A DNA stretch of 64,000 bases, from assembly GCA_044440125.1 (NCBI GenBank), contig JBITAJ010000029.1:320001-384000 (forward strand), in the 5' to 3' direction. Both the position numbers and the translations under genes were made by a program. The stretch comes from Sedimentisphaeraceae bacterium JB056. GTDB taxonomy: Bacteria > Planctomycetota > Phycisphaerae > Sedimentisphaerales > Sedimentisphaeraceae. Positions 48,141-58,134 of this stretch are shown piece after piece; within the stretch, counting starts at the first letter, position 1, and each line of letters opens with the position of its first letter. Under the pieces are notes generated by a model. That model did no database searches. It was given only the letters and a program-made list of their open reading frames with translations, and was not told where the DNA came from.

Positions 48141-49550
48141 TTACTGATTATTATTGTCGTAATCCTTAAGCTTGCGATAAAGAGTTCTTGAACCGATACC
48201 GAGTATCTTGGCGGCCTTTTCACGGTTGCCGTCAACCATCTCAAGCGTGCTCATTATGGCTTCTTTTTCTATCGCCCCAAGAGGCTTACCGGCAAGATTG
48301 GAATTCGAGTCAACAACCTCCGGGCCGGCTCCAAGCTGAGGCTGGCTGTAGATTTCGGGCGGGAGGTCATGTGTGTCTATCATCTCGCCGTCACTTATGA
48401 CTACCATCATTCGTATAATGTTCTGCAGTTGCCTTATGTTGCCCGGCCAATGGTAATTGATCAAGGCTGCCATTGCTCTTTCAGATATGTTCTTGATTTC
48501 GATGCCAAGTTCAAGGCAGCTTTCCTCAAGAAAATGATATACAAGTTCCGGCATGTCTTCCCGTCTGCTGCGGAGAGGAGGCAGGGTGATACTGACACCT
48601 TTTATACGAAAATACAGGTCTTGCCTGAATTTTTTTTCTTCAACAAGTTTGGCAAGATCGCAGTTTGTTGCGCTTATTACTCGTACATCAACCTTAACCG
48701 GTTTATTGGAGCCAACAGGCAGCACTACCCCATCTTCAAGAACCCTAAGCAGTTTGGCCTGCATATGAAGCGGCATGTCGCCTATCTCATCAAGAAACAA
48801 TGTACCGTGATCGGAGGTTTCGAAGAGGCCTTTGCGGTCTGTTGCCGCTCCGGTGAATGCACCCTTGGCGTGTCCGAAGAGTTCACTTTCAAGCAATGTT
48901 TCGCTAAGCCCGGCACAATTTACAGGCCGGAATATATTTGATTTGCGATTGGAATTCAGGTGTATCGCACGTGCAATGAGTTCCTTGCCGCTGCCCGATT
49001 CGCCTTGTATAAGTATACTTATGTCGGTTGGTGAAACCTTTCCGATAACTTTCAATATATGTTTGAATGCAGCAGAACGGCCCCTTACGCCCTCGTAGAA
49101 CACCTCATGAGTCTGGTTTTGTCGAGCTTTGGGTTTGACTGATACACTTACTGCCGCAGAGTTTTCCACGAAAGAGAATTTGCGGCTTATCTGACCTATA
49201 AGATGTTCAAGCTGCTGTTTGTCTATAGGGCGGTTTAGAAAATCATATGCTCCGCCTCGCAGGGCCTGCTTGCACGCATCAATAGTCGGAGACGTAGCTA
49301 CGATTACTACTTCAGCGTAGTTATGATTGATTTTTATCTGCTCAAGCAGTTCGAGTCCATTGAACTCGCCTCCAAGATTGAGTTCTGTAAGGACCAGATC
49401 GAAGCTTGTCTTGTCCATTTTACGAAGGGCTTCCCTGCCGCTTGAAGCATAAACAACTTTGCTGCAAAGCTTTTCTATGAGTTCGCCGGCCATTGCGTTG
49501 TGGCCGTCAATCTCTGAAACTATTAATACTGTTAATCCGTTCTTTTGCAT
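48141..49550 (-). CDS. NtrC-family sigma54 activator with atypical receiver domain
   Basis: GESGSGKE, ELFGHAKGAFTGA, Fis HTH; receiver reads DLVLTE, with Glu at the phospho-Asp position. Confidence 0.88.
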   Translation of the reverse strand: MQKNGLTVLIVSEIDGHNAMAGELIEKLCSKVVYASSGREALRKMDKTSFDLVLTELNLGGEFNGLELLEQIKINHNYAEVVIVATSPTIDACKQALRGGAYDFLNRPIDKQQLEHLIGQISRKFSFVENSAAVSVSVKPKARQNQTHEVFYEGVRGRSAAFKHILKVIGKVSPTDISILIQGESGSGKELIARAIHLNSNRKSNIFRPVNCAGLSETLLESELFGHAKGAFTGAATDRKGLFETSDHGTLFLDEIGDMPLHMQAKLLRVLEDGVVLPVGSNKPVKVDVRVISATNCDLAKLVEEKKFRQDLYFRIKGVSITLPPLRSRREDMPELVYHFLEESCLELGIEIKNISERAMAALINYHWPGNIRQLQNIIRMMVVISDGEMIDTHDLPPEIYSQPQLGAGPEVVDSNSNLAGKPLGAIEKEAIMSTLEMVDGNREKAAKILGIGSRTLYRKLKDYDNNNQ

Positions 49551-49754
49551 CTGATCTATTTCTATCCTTAACGAGTTCAGCTCAACTTATGATGTCTTAA
49601 TATTTCGTTAGGGCTTATTTCAATAATTGTAACCAAGTACACTTAATCATAAAAGTATACCAGAAAACCGTTTGTTTTCAATATATTAAGGTTAGAGGAT
49701 GTTATAAATGCCCAGCTATATTGAAATTAATATCGGTTGTGGTTCTGGTAATTC

Positions 49755-51755
49755 TTATTTCCATACCCATTCAGGTGGGATTCTACGATTCAGCATTTCT
49801 TTTTGTTCGATTTCAATGCCTTGAACTCCGATTTTAAAGCTTGCGTTCATCCATCCAAAGCCTTCCTGTGTGATATAGCTGAAGTCAGTACCTACGTTGC
49901 CGTATTCAGCGAATACTTTGTGTGAACGCGTAACAACGTTGAATTTCTCCGGCACGGTACCATTGTATGCCGCGGCATTGGATACTATTGTGTAAAGCCA
50001 GCGATACATCAGCCTTTGGACATCGGTGTTGTAGCCGTAATTTTCCAGCCCCTTCCATGCTATGATTTGGTGCGGAGCCCATCCGAAAGGATAATCCCAT
50101 TGCCGCTGCTGACGTATTTCTGATAACCTGCCGCGGTCTGCTAAGGTACTCGAAGCAAGTCCGCCGGCACATTCCAGCATAGGCAGAATGTTTTTGACGA
50201 TCAGTTGTGCCTGATTCTCTGTTGCAACCTGCGACCATAGCGGATAAAAAGCTACAGGAGTTATGTAATATTTCTGCTTTTTATTTTTGATATCGTAGTC
50301 AAGGAAAGTGCCGTGAGATTCTGACCAGCAATATTCGTTCAGAAGTTTTTTTCGTTTTTCCGCAAGTGAAAGCCATGCTTGTTCTGTTTCGATTTTGCCG
50401 TCGATTTCCAACGATGATTCGAAATATTTGTTGAGTATAAAAGCGATGTCTTTTTCAGCTTTATATAGCAGGCAGTTTAGGTCAACTGTTACAAAATCAC
50501 CGCAGCGGTCATCCCAACGGTATGTCTTGTCGTGTCCTGATTCCCGCATACTTCTGTCGTGGAAAAAGAAGTTGTCAAGCTCGCCATCTTCTATCTTACC
50601 GTTTTTATACCCTTGTTCAAAAACGCTCATTTCCATGTTGTATTTTTGAGCGTACTTTTCGAATATGTAATCAAAATGCCCCGGTTCTACTTCCGGCGGC
50701 GTTCCAATACCTTCTCCGTAGTAACGACTAAGGCCTGTTGCTGTCAGCCTTGGCGGAGATGTCCAGACTTCTCTGTATTCTTTTATGGCGGCTTTGAGTG
50801 ATATTTTCAGCCATTGTTTCGTGTTTTCAGTTTCAGGCATTTGAGAGCACACGCTTCTTGTCATTGAGGTGAGAAACGGCGGCTGGGAACGTGTGAGGTA
50901 GTAGCTGCGGTTGGCGTTGAGTATTTTGCCGTAGTTGTTGATTTCATAAACGAAGTTGTCTACCATTGCTTTTGCGAGGTCTACTCTGCCGTCTATGAGG
51001 AGTCCGAGTGATTCGAAATAGCTGTCCCATCCATACATTTCGTTGAATCTTCCGCCTGGTACAACAAACGGGACTGCTTCGATTTTACCATCATTGTTTT
51101 GCTCGAGAGCAAGGCTCAGGATGCCATGTTTGCCTTCAAGTTTTTTTACCCATTCGGCTGTGATTTTTTCAGGCAGTTTCACTACCTGTATTTTTAGCTT
51201 TTGTCTACGCTTTGCTATCTCGCTGAAATAGCTGTAGGCATCGCTGTCTTGATGCGGAACGTATATATAATTGAATCCGTCAACAGTGTTTGTTTTGCTG
51301 TCGGTGAAAATTCTCGATAAGTTTGCTTCATCGATGCGGCGAGTCAGTCCGTCCCAGTATAGCTCTTTTATTTGTCTGTCTATGCGATTGAGGGGCGGCT
51401 CAAAAATGTGTGAGCTTTTGATTGAGGCTGTGAGTTTACCTTGATTGCCGGCAAGCGTTAATTCCTGAAGCAGGTTGGAGAGATAATATGTTCCATTTAT
51501 CTCGTAGGTGAAGCTTTTTGTGTCGGTGAGTATGAATTTTTTATCGCCTCGCTTACCCTCGAGAAAGTAATCATCGACAGTTATTTTCTTGTCATTATCA
51601 GTATCTTCCTCATGCAGCAAGTTTTCTTTTGATTGCTCTATATTGACCTCAATAGTTTTCTCTGCGTCAAAATGTCTTTCTGTCGCAAGTGATGTCGACA
51701 CAAACATAAATCCAATTATACTGCATACCACAACAAGTTTTATAGAATAAAACAT
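49755..51755 (-). CDS. Alpha,alpha-trehalase (GH37, neutral-trehalase type)
   Basis: VPGGRFNEMYGWDSYF, NANRSYYLTRSQPPFL, RESGHD, QWDYPFGWAPHQ, EGFGWMN; EF-like DTDNDKKITVDD. Confidence 0.92.
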   Translation of the reverse strand: MFYSIKLVVVCSIIGFMFVSTSLATERHFDAEKTIEVNIEQSKENLLHEEDTDNDKKITVDDYFLEGKRGDKKFILTDTKSFTYEINGTYYLSNLLQELTLAGNQGKLTASIKSSHIFEPPLNRIDRQIKELYWDGLTRRIDEANLSRIFTDSKTNTVDGFNYIYVPHQDSDAYSYFSEIAKRRQKLKIQVVKLPEKITAEWVKKLEGKHGILSLALEQNNDGKIEAVPFVVPGGRFNEMYGWDSYFESLGLLIDGRVDLAKAMVDNFVYEINNYGKILNANRSYYLTRSQPPFLTSMTRSVCSQMPETENTKQWLKISLKAAIKEYREVWTSPPRLTATGLSRYYGEGIGTPPEVEPGHFDYIFEKYAQKYNMEMSVFEQGYKNGKIEDGELDNFFFHDRSMRESGHDKTYRWDDRCGDFVTVDLNCLLYKAEKDIAFILNKYFESSLEIDGKIETEQAWLSLAEKRKKLLNEYCWSESHGTFLDYDIKNKKQKYYITPVAFYPLWSQVATENQAQLIVKNILPMLECAGGLASSTLADRGRLSEIRQQRQWDYPFGWAPHQIIAWKGLENYGYNTDVQRLMYRWLYTIVSNAAAYNGTVPEKFNVVTRSHKVFAEYGNVGTDFSYITQEGFGWMNASFKIGVQGIEIEQKEMLNRRIPPEWVWK

Positions 51756-52048
51756 CTCTTTCTCCCTTACATAATTCTCGCTATTTCTCCAGATTTTATT
51801 TGATGATAGAGTTGTTAGTTTAACTATAGACTAACAAAAAAAAGCTAATACTTCAAGTTTGCTTGTAAAAACATTCTCCAATTTGCTTGTTTTAGGGCAA
51901 ATAGCAAGTTTTATATTGAATAGGCATGTTAAATGTTTATGATAAACTTGTTTTTGTTTAGTTTTGTCTGTAGCTAATTAAATTCTAATAATCGGGTTGT
52001 ATTATTACCTTTTGTTATTTTGTGTTGTACATTATTTAGGAGATAATT

Positions 52049-53326
52049 ATGAAATTGGTGTGTATTTTATTATTATTGGTTGCTTCTGTTACTTTTTCTG
52101 CGGTTTTTAGTGGTGGCAGTGGTGCAGAATCAGACCCTTACCAAATAAGCACTGCCGCTCAGCTTGATTATATTGGTACTTCAACCGCCAATTTTGACAA
52201 ACATTATATCCTTATAAACGATATTGATCTGTCGGCTTATACAGGTACATCATTTCATGAAATCGGTTATTATAACTATCCCAATTCTTACGGTTTTACC
52301 GGTAGTTTTGACGGCAACGGTTTTACTATTGATAACTTTGAATATGATGGTGCAATCAAGTATTCCGGTTTTTTTAGTTATATTGATGGCGGAACTGTAA
52401 AGAACCTTAATTTTACTAATGCCTATGTCAGTACCGGTGGGCAGGATACTTGTGGTGTAATTTGCGGTTTTGCCAATAGTGGAAGTATCATTAATTGCAG
52501 CGTAAGCGGTAGTGTCAGCGGTGATGAATATATCGGAGGCATCATTGGCACCTCAAAGGCAGACTTGCAGTTTTGCAGTTTTAACGGCACGGTAACAGGC
52601 AGAAGATATGTTGGTGGTATTGCCGGCAATCAAAGCTCTTCAGGCGGTATAAGCGGTTGTTACGCTAATGTAAATCTTACGGTATCGTCTGAAGCAGGTG
52701 GCGGTATTGCGGGTAAATTAACAGGGCAGATTGAAAAATGCTTTACAGAGGGTACAATTCAGGGTGGTCAGGAAGTTGGCGGTATTGCCGGGTATGAGTA
52801 TAATCAGTACGCGGTGATTACGAATTGTTATTCTGCGGCTTCTGTTACAGGCAGTTATGATGTTGGCGGTATTGTCGGGTTGTGCTCGGGCTATTATATT
52901 GGTTCTGGGCTATATGCAACGCTTACAAACTGCTATTTCCGCGGCACATGTAATGTCGGCCCTATATTTGGTCATTTCGAGGAAGCAAACGTGTCGGGAT
53001 TGCTCTATGATTCTGATGTATTCGGAAGCACTTCGGCTTACTGGGAAGTGTGGTGTCCGGGTAAAACAACGCCGCAGATGCAGCAGTTGTCAACTTTTAC
53101 TGACGCAGGTTGGGATTTCTCCCGCACAGGTGCGTGGAGAATAAGGGAAGGTGACTATCCAATACTTGATTGGCAGCCTATAAATACCACCGAAGAACTC
53201 CAGCGAATAGCCGATTTTGCCTCTCAATGGATGAGTGAAGGTGCGGCTCTTAGCTGTGATATGAACAACGACAGTATCGTAAACTATTTCGACTGGACAT
53301 ACATGAGCTCAATGTGGGGGCAATAG
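52049..53326 (+). CDS. Secreted GLUG-repeat protein with dockerin-like tail
   Basis: Signal peptide, FSGGSG..DPYQI, repeated VGGIAG, tail CDMNNDSIVNYFDW. Confidence 0.8.
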   Translation: MKLVCILLLLVASVTFSAVFSGGSGAESDPYQISTAAQLDYIGTSTANFDKHYILINDIDLSAYTGTSFHEIGYYNYPNSYGFTGSFDGNGFTIDNFEYDGAIKYSGFFSYIDGGTVKNLNFTNAYVSTGGQDTCGVICGFANSGSIINCSVSGSVSGDEYIGGIIGTSKADLQFCSFNGTVTGRRYVGGIAGNQSSSGGISGCYANVNLTVSSEAGGGIAGKLTGQIEKCFTEGTIQGGQEVGGIAGYEYNQYAVITNCYSAASVTGSYDVGGIVGLCSGYYIGSGLYATLTNCYFRGTCNVGPIFGHFEEANVSGLLYDSDVFGSTSAYWEVWCPGKTTPQMQQLSTFTDAGWDFSRTGAWRIREGDYPILDWQPINTTEELQRIADFASQWMSEGAALSCDMNNDSIVNYFDWTYMSSMWGQ

Positions 53327-53362
53327 ATTATTTTGACTTTTAGCTTTATCCTTCAGAATTAC

Positions 53363-53387
53363 CCGCTCCTTTATAGTCGCGGTACTG
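53363..53387. repeat. REP-like 25-nt palindrome, copy 1
   Basis: CCGCTCCTTTATAGTCGCGGTACTG; 19 of 25 identical to 55711-55735. Confidence 0.5.
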
Positions 53388-53449
53388 CGAGGGTTGTTGT
53401 CCGTGTTGGTCTGTATTTGTCCGATTGTTTTAACGGAGAGTTTAGCCTT

Positions 53450-54136
53450 TTACGGTTTGCATTTTGAGCAGGGGCGTTTGCCTGCTTCTACTGCCTCTTC
53501 GCGGGTTTCGTAGGTTACTCTGTTCTCCGGTTTAATTCTATCTATCCATGTGCAGTCTTTTTTGTGGAATATTTTACTGTTCTTGGAGCAGATGAAATTT
53601 GTTTCTTCTGCGGTTTCTGTGGTTTGTTCTGCTTGTTCTTTTAACTGCTGTTTTGCCTGAGGTTTTTCTTCTGTTTTAGCAGGTGGTGAGGCTGTCAGAG
53701 GTTTAGGAGTTTTAAGCTCGGCGAGCTTATGTTTTATCAGCTCTGGTGCGATGTAGAGACCATCAACTTTAACATCTGCTATTATCGCAAAGCTTTCACT
53801 ATCGCGACAGATATTGCAGAGCGTTATTTTTGAATCTTTGAGTTTTTTCTCAAGAAAGATGGCAAGCTGTTCGTGATAGAATTCTTTGTCGCCGGTTATG
53901 TTTTGCGGCTCAGTGATTCCTGCGATCTTAACAGTTATATCACGGCCTATGATCTCAGGCCAACTGTCAATACAGCAAACAAATTCAAGGCCGTTGCCGC
54001 AAGAAACAAATTTCGAAACTTTTGCATCGCCGTATTGCCGCGTGCAGCTTTCCTGTTTCTTCTCCTGCGCAATGATTGGGTTAAGCATTAATGTAATCGT
54101 TAGTAATGCTGCAAGTAATATTCTGGTTCCCTTCAT
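53450..54136 (-). CDS. Exported thermonuclease-like protein with C-terminal Ada-type metal-binding domain
   Basis: Signal peptide; VKIAGITEP, IIADVKVDG; SKNSKIFHKKDC..GKRPCSKCKP. Confidence 0.65.
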   Translation of the reverse strand: MKGTRILLAALLTITLMLNPIIAQEKKQESCTRQYGDAKVSKFVSCGNGLEFVCCIDSWPEIIGRDITVKIAGITEPQNITGDKEFYHEQLAIFLEKKLKDSKITLCNICRDSESFAIIADVKVDGLYIAPELIKHKLAELKTPKPLTASPPAKTEEKPQAKQQLKEQAEQTTETAEETNFICSKNSKIFHKKDCTWIDRIKPENRVTYETREEAVEAGKRPCSKCKP

Positions 54137-54164
54137 TTTTTCTCCTCTCATAATTCAGGTTAAG

Positions 54165-54236
54165 AGCTATTAGCAATAAGCAATTAGCGGTTAGCTCAAA
54201 TACGGCAATGCCACTAATCGCTTACTGCTGACAGCT
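54165..54236. repeat. Degenerate heptamer repeats in inverted arrangement
   Basis: AGCTATT AGCAATA AGCAATT AGCGGTT AGCT...CTAATCG CTTACTG CTGACAG CT. Confidence 0.55.
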
Positions 54237-55467
54237 AACTTTTCTTGCTTTCTTCATATACCTGCCATGCCGCTGGGAATGGACGCAGAGCCCTTTCAAA
54301 GATGCCGAGTGTGTATGCTATTGTAAGTCCGTAGTTAGTCATGGCAACGCCTGCGGCTTTTGCTTCCATCGTTCTTGAGAGCATTTGGCGTCTGTTCCAC
54401 ATGCAGCCGCCGCAATGGATGATCAGTTTGTAAGTTGCCAAGTCGTCCGGCCAGTCCGCGCCGCGGCGGTGTTCTATCTGGAGCTTGCCGCCCACGAACT
54501 GATTTAACCAGCGGGGGATTTTAACTGTTCCGATATCCTCTGTTATCGGGTGGTGCGTGCACGATTCACAGATCAAAACCTTGTCGCCCGGCATGAGGTC
54601 TTCGATTACCATTGCTCCGCGTACCATCTCAACAAGGTTAGCCTTGAGCCTTGCGAACAGGATACTGAAGCTTGTCATAGGGATATCGTTCGGGGTATCG
54701 GCGGCTACTTTCAAAAATGCCTGCGAGTCAGTCACGACAATGTCGGGTCTGAAGCCGAGTTTGTCGAGCATGCTGCGAAGCTCACGTTCCTTGCAGACGA
54801 TCGCTGCCGCATCGCCGTCAAGCAAATCGCGGATGGTCTGTACCTGCGGCAGGATGAGTCTGCCTTTAGGTGCTTCTTTGTCGATAGGCACAACAAGCAT
54901 TGCCGCGCCACCGGGTTTTACAAGGTCGCTTACGATTGCGGGCGATTTGAAAAATTCTTCCGGGGCGGTATCTATTATCGCTTTGCGGAGTTCGGTTATG
55001 CCTTTGTTTTCAGATGCACTTATGACACATATCTTTTCGCAATGAGACTTCAATTCCTCAAGCTCTGTGTTTTGCGGCTGCTTGATGTCGGATTTATTAA
55101 CTGCGATTATTACAGGTATCTCAAGAGCCTTGAATTTCTCTGCAAGTTCGATTTCGAAGCTCCCCCAGCCGCCGGCTTCAGTTACTATGATTGCCACATC
55201 GGTTCGTTTGATTGCCTGTAAGCTCTTTTCGATTCGTTTTTCGCCGAGAGCTCCGGTGTCATCAATACCGGCAGTATCGATGAAGAGTACCGGACCGAGC
55301 GGCAGAAGCTCCATTGGCTTTTCTACCGGATCGGTGGTCGTGCCGGCAAAGTCGGAGACAATCGAAACCGATTGGCCGGTTAGGATGTTCAAAAGTGAAC
55401 TTTTTCCCGCGTTTCTGCGGCCAAATATTCCTATATGAAGACGTAAACCTTTAGGTGTATTTTGCAT
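54235..55467 (-). CDS. hydF: [FeFe]-hydrogenase maturation GTPase HydF
   Basis: GRRNAGKSS, GTTTDPV, APKGRLILPQ, ESCTHH..HCGGCM. Confidence 0.95.
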   Translation of the reverse strand: MQNTPKGLRLHIGIFGRRNAGKSSLLNILTGQSVSIVSDFAGTTTDPVEKPMELLPLGPVLFIDTAGIDDTGALGEKRIEKSLQAIKRTDVAIIVTEAGGWGSFEIELAEKFKALEIPVIIAVNKSDIKQPQNTELEELKSHCEKICVISASENKGITELRKAIIDTAPEEFFKSPAIVSDLVKPGGAAMLVVPIDKEAPKGRLILPQVQTIRDLLDGDAAAIVCKERELRSMLDKLGFRPDIVVTDSQAFLKVAADTPNDIPMTSFSILFARLKANLVEMVRGAMVIEDLMPGDKVLICESCTHHPITEDIGTVKIPRWLNQFVGGKLQIEHRRGADWPDDLATYKLIIHCGGCMWNRRQMLSRTMEAKAAGVAMTNYGLTIAYTLGIFERALRPFPAAWQVYEESKKS

Positions 55468-55621
55468 CTTAAGTTGTTTCCTGTAGTTTAAGTTAATAGA
55501 TCAGATTATAGCAGGGCGGGCGGGTTTTATCAAGCGTTAGGTGTATATATGGCCTGCCGCCTCGTTTTTATATGAGCTTGCGCGTTTGTGTTTTACTAAT
55601 AGGCATTGGGCAGGAGGTGAA

Positions 55622-55697
55622 AGGCATTAGTTTAGTAATTAGCAATAAGTTGTCAGCGATAAGTGATTAGATTAAGTTGTTGGGAATAAGTTAGTTA
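55622..55697 (+). repeat. Degenerate heptamer repeat tract (AGyrATy-like)
   Basis: AGTAATT AGCAATA AGTTGTC AGCGATA AGTGATT. Confidence 0.5.
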
Positions 55698-55710
55698 CGG
55701 GGTAATGTGC

Positions 55711-55735
55711 CCGCTTCCTTTCGGGCGCGGTACTG
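55711..55735. repeat. REP-like 25-nt palindrome, copy 2
   Basis: CCGCTTCCTTTCGGGCGCGGTACTG. Confidence 0.5.
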
Positions 55736-56395
55736 TTGGTAGTGGGGAGCGTGGGATTTTTTTTATTTTTTTGGTAATTACTGGAATATGGTTGCGGTTT
55801 TGTGCGAAAATGCAAGCAACTTGGACACTTGGTTTGTCTCTAATAGCAAGATAGTATAACTTTTTTGACCTGAATTTAACCAAAACTGGTCTCAAATGCG
55901 ACCAAACGCGCGCTTTTTGCTCACTTTTCAACGGTTTTTGATCAATTTCAGGGTAAAAAAGGGAAAAGTCTCATCGGGCTCGGAAAAATCGAGGGTTTTA
56001 ACACTATGTTGCTGGATTTAACGCAAAGACGCAATAGACGCAAAGTAAATTATTTTACCATGAAGCTATTTAAGGACATGAAGTTGATTTAAGCTGTTAG
56101 CGATTAGCAGTGGGGAATTCCTGTACAGTTGGTCGTTCAGAATGGAAAGAAATTTATTGTAAATTAAAGCAGAGGGTGTAAAATGACTTTCAAGATTTTG
56201 GGATGATTAATTGCTGATGTTTTTTTTATGAAAATAGGGGATTGTCTTCTATTTCCCGAAGCAACTTCCTTATGGGACTCTTCTGTCTTATAAACACCAG
56301 TGTACTGGAACAAATTCAAGTGCAATAGAGTTTCGTTTAACTGGTGATGCGGATAGTAGTTTTAATCAATTTAATAATAAATTAGGAGATATATT

Positions 56396-56788
56396 ATGTC
56401 ATGGTGTTGCGAAGGCTTTGGGTTTCTTATTGATAATGATATCGACAAAGGACTTTCAGTATTTGCAAGCAAGGAATATGGAGAGAGGCATTTCTATTTA
56501 CAAGCTTGTCCTTTTGAAAAAAAAGTCGTTTCTGAATTAAGTAAAATTAATCCGCAAACTGGTTTAACAAGGTTTTCTGAAATCAAAACACCAAATGAAA
56601 TAGTTCAATTTTGGAATATGAGTATGGAAGTAGGAATTAATTATTGTATATTTTGTGGGAAAAAATTAAGTAAAGTCATTAAGAAGAATCAGAAAGAGTT
56701 TGATATGTTAGCAGAAAAGCACTTGGAATTATTAGAAAAATATTTCAATGAACATAGGGATAGGCAATCAGATATTTCAAATAATTGA
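56396..56788 (+). CDS. AT-rich hypothetical protein with N-terminal CC and CxxC motifs
   Basis: RBS AGGAG; MSWCC...INYCIFCGKKL. Confidence 0.7.
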   Translation: MSWCCEGFGFLIDNDIDKGLSVFASKEYGERHFYLQACPFEKKVVSELSKINPQTGLTRFSEIKTPNEIVQFWNMSMEVGINYCIFCGKKLSKVIKKNQKEFDMLAEKHLELLEKYFNEHRDRQSDISNN

Positions 56789-56852
56789 ATCCAAGCTTAA
56801 AAGAGTTAGAGAATTAATAAACTATGAAAGTCAGATTCTTGGGAGGGATTTT

Positions 56853-57956
56853 GTGATACAAGATTTGCGTATGATTTCAAAACTGTATGTTATAATATGT
56901 TGTTTATTTATGTTATCTCTGAGCGGTTGTTATCGCGGTATTGCTGAGAAGATGATTAAAGCTCCTAATTACGGCAAGACACTTGAAGAAGTTGAAACTT
57001 ATGATTCATGGCAGTTTGAGAAATTGCAGATTGATGACCATTTTAAGGTGGCGGCAAGCGAGGAGGGAATTTTTCTTGATGTTGGTGTGATAGAGCCTAA
57101 AAGTAAATGGGAGGTTACTGCTGAATGCGAATGGTTTGAATATTTTTCATTCCCCAGTAATCAAAAAATACCGGATAAGATGTATTGGGAAAGATGCCCT
57201 GATGTAGGTGCCTATACTGAGGGGCTTTCGTTTACCAGTGTTCCTGAAGAAGAGGTGTTGTGGCAGCAGATAAGGGGTACAGTAATTCTTGTCCATGGTT
57301 TGTGGATGGATAAGACTCTTTATGCCTTCAGTTGGGGGCAGATTTTATCCGTTTATGGATACCGTGTTATCTTGGTTGACTTACGTGGACATGGCCGTTC
57401 CACCGGGGACTATATTACTTTTGGCAGTAAGGAATCTGATGATATTGTCAGCCTTATAGATTCTCTTGAAAAGTCGTGTCTGCTTGAGGGGCAGTTGATC
57501 TTGTTTGGTGAATCTTTGGGGGCAGCCGTTGCGATTGAGACTGCCGCGATAGATGATAGGGTTACTGGTGTGATTGCTATATCACCTTTTGTGACTATAA
57601 GGGATGCTGCACCTCACTTTTCAAAACAACGTTTCAGCTTTTTAAACATGATGCTTGGTCAAGATGGAATTGACAGGGTAATTGATGAAGCCGGTGATAT
57701 TGGTGGTTTTTCCCCAGATGCTAACACGCCGTTGGATGCAGTTGAGGAGCTCGAGATTCCTGTTTTATTCATACATGGCAGTGAAGATAAACACGTGCCA
57801 TGCATGCATAGCATAGCGATGTCGCAGGCGTGTCACTTGGGTACTCTTGAAATAATTGAGGGTAAGGGTCATATGAATATAACATTCGCGAATATGTATT
57901 CATTGCGGGACAAGATCATAAACTGGCTTGAAACTATTGACAATGGAAAGTTTTGA
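56853..57956 (+). CDS. Alpha/beta hydrolase lipoprotein
   Basis: RBS GGGAGG plus GTG; lipobox LSGC; LVHG, DLRGHGRS, GESLG, HGSEDKHVP, GKGH. Confidence 0.82.
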   Translation: MIQDLRMISKLYVIICCLFMLSLSGCYRGIAEKMIKAPNYGKTLEEVETYDSWQFEKLQIDDHFKVAASEEGIFLDVGVIEPKSKWEVTAECEWFEYFSFPSNQKIPDKMYWERCPDVGAYTEGLSFTSVPEEEVLWQQIRGTVILVHGLWMDKTLYAFSWGQILSVYGYRVILVDLRGHGRSTGDYITFGSKESDDIVSLIDSLEKSCLLEGQLILFGESLGAAVAIETAAIDDRVTGVIAISPFVTIRDAAPHFSKQRFSFLNMMLGQDGIDRVIDEAGDIGGFSPDANTPLDAVEELEIPVLFIHGSEDKHVPCMHSIAMSQACHLGTLEIIEGKGHMNITFANMYSLRDKIINWLETIDNGKF

Positions 57957-58035
57957 TTTTTTTGGAGTAGCGGGGGTAATTGTCTGTTGCCGGTTGTTGA
58001 TTGTAGGTTTTATATATCAGCAACTATGAATTAAG

Positions 58036-58087
58036 AAAGCCTTCAGGGATTTAACTTTATCTTACTTTATTCCCTGAAGGCTTTTTT
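58036..58087. terminator. Bidirectional terminator
   Basis: AAAGCCTTCAGGGA...TCCCTGAAGGCTTT followed by TTT. Confidence 0.7.
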
Positions 58088-58134
58088 GTTTTGCGTTTAG
58101 AATTGCCCGCTTACTTACGTTTGCGGCAGTGTTG

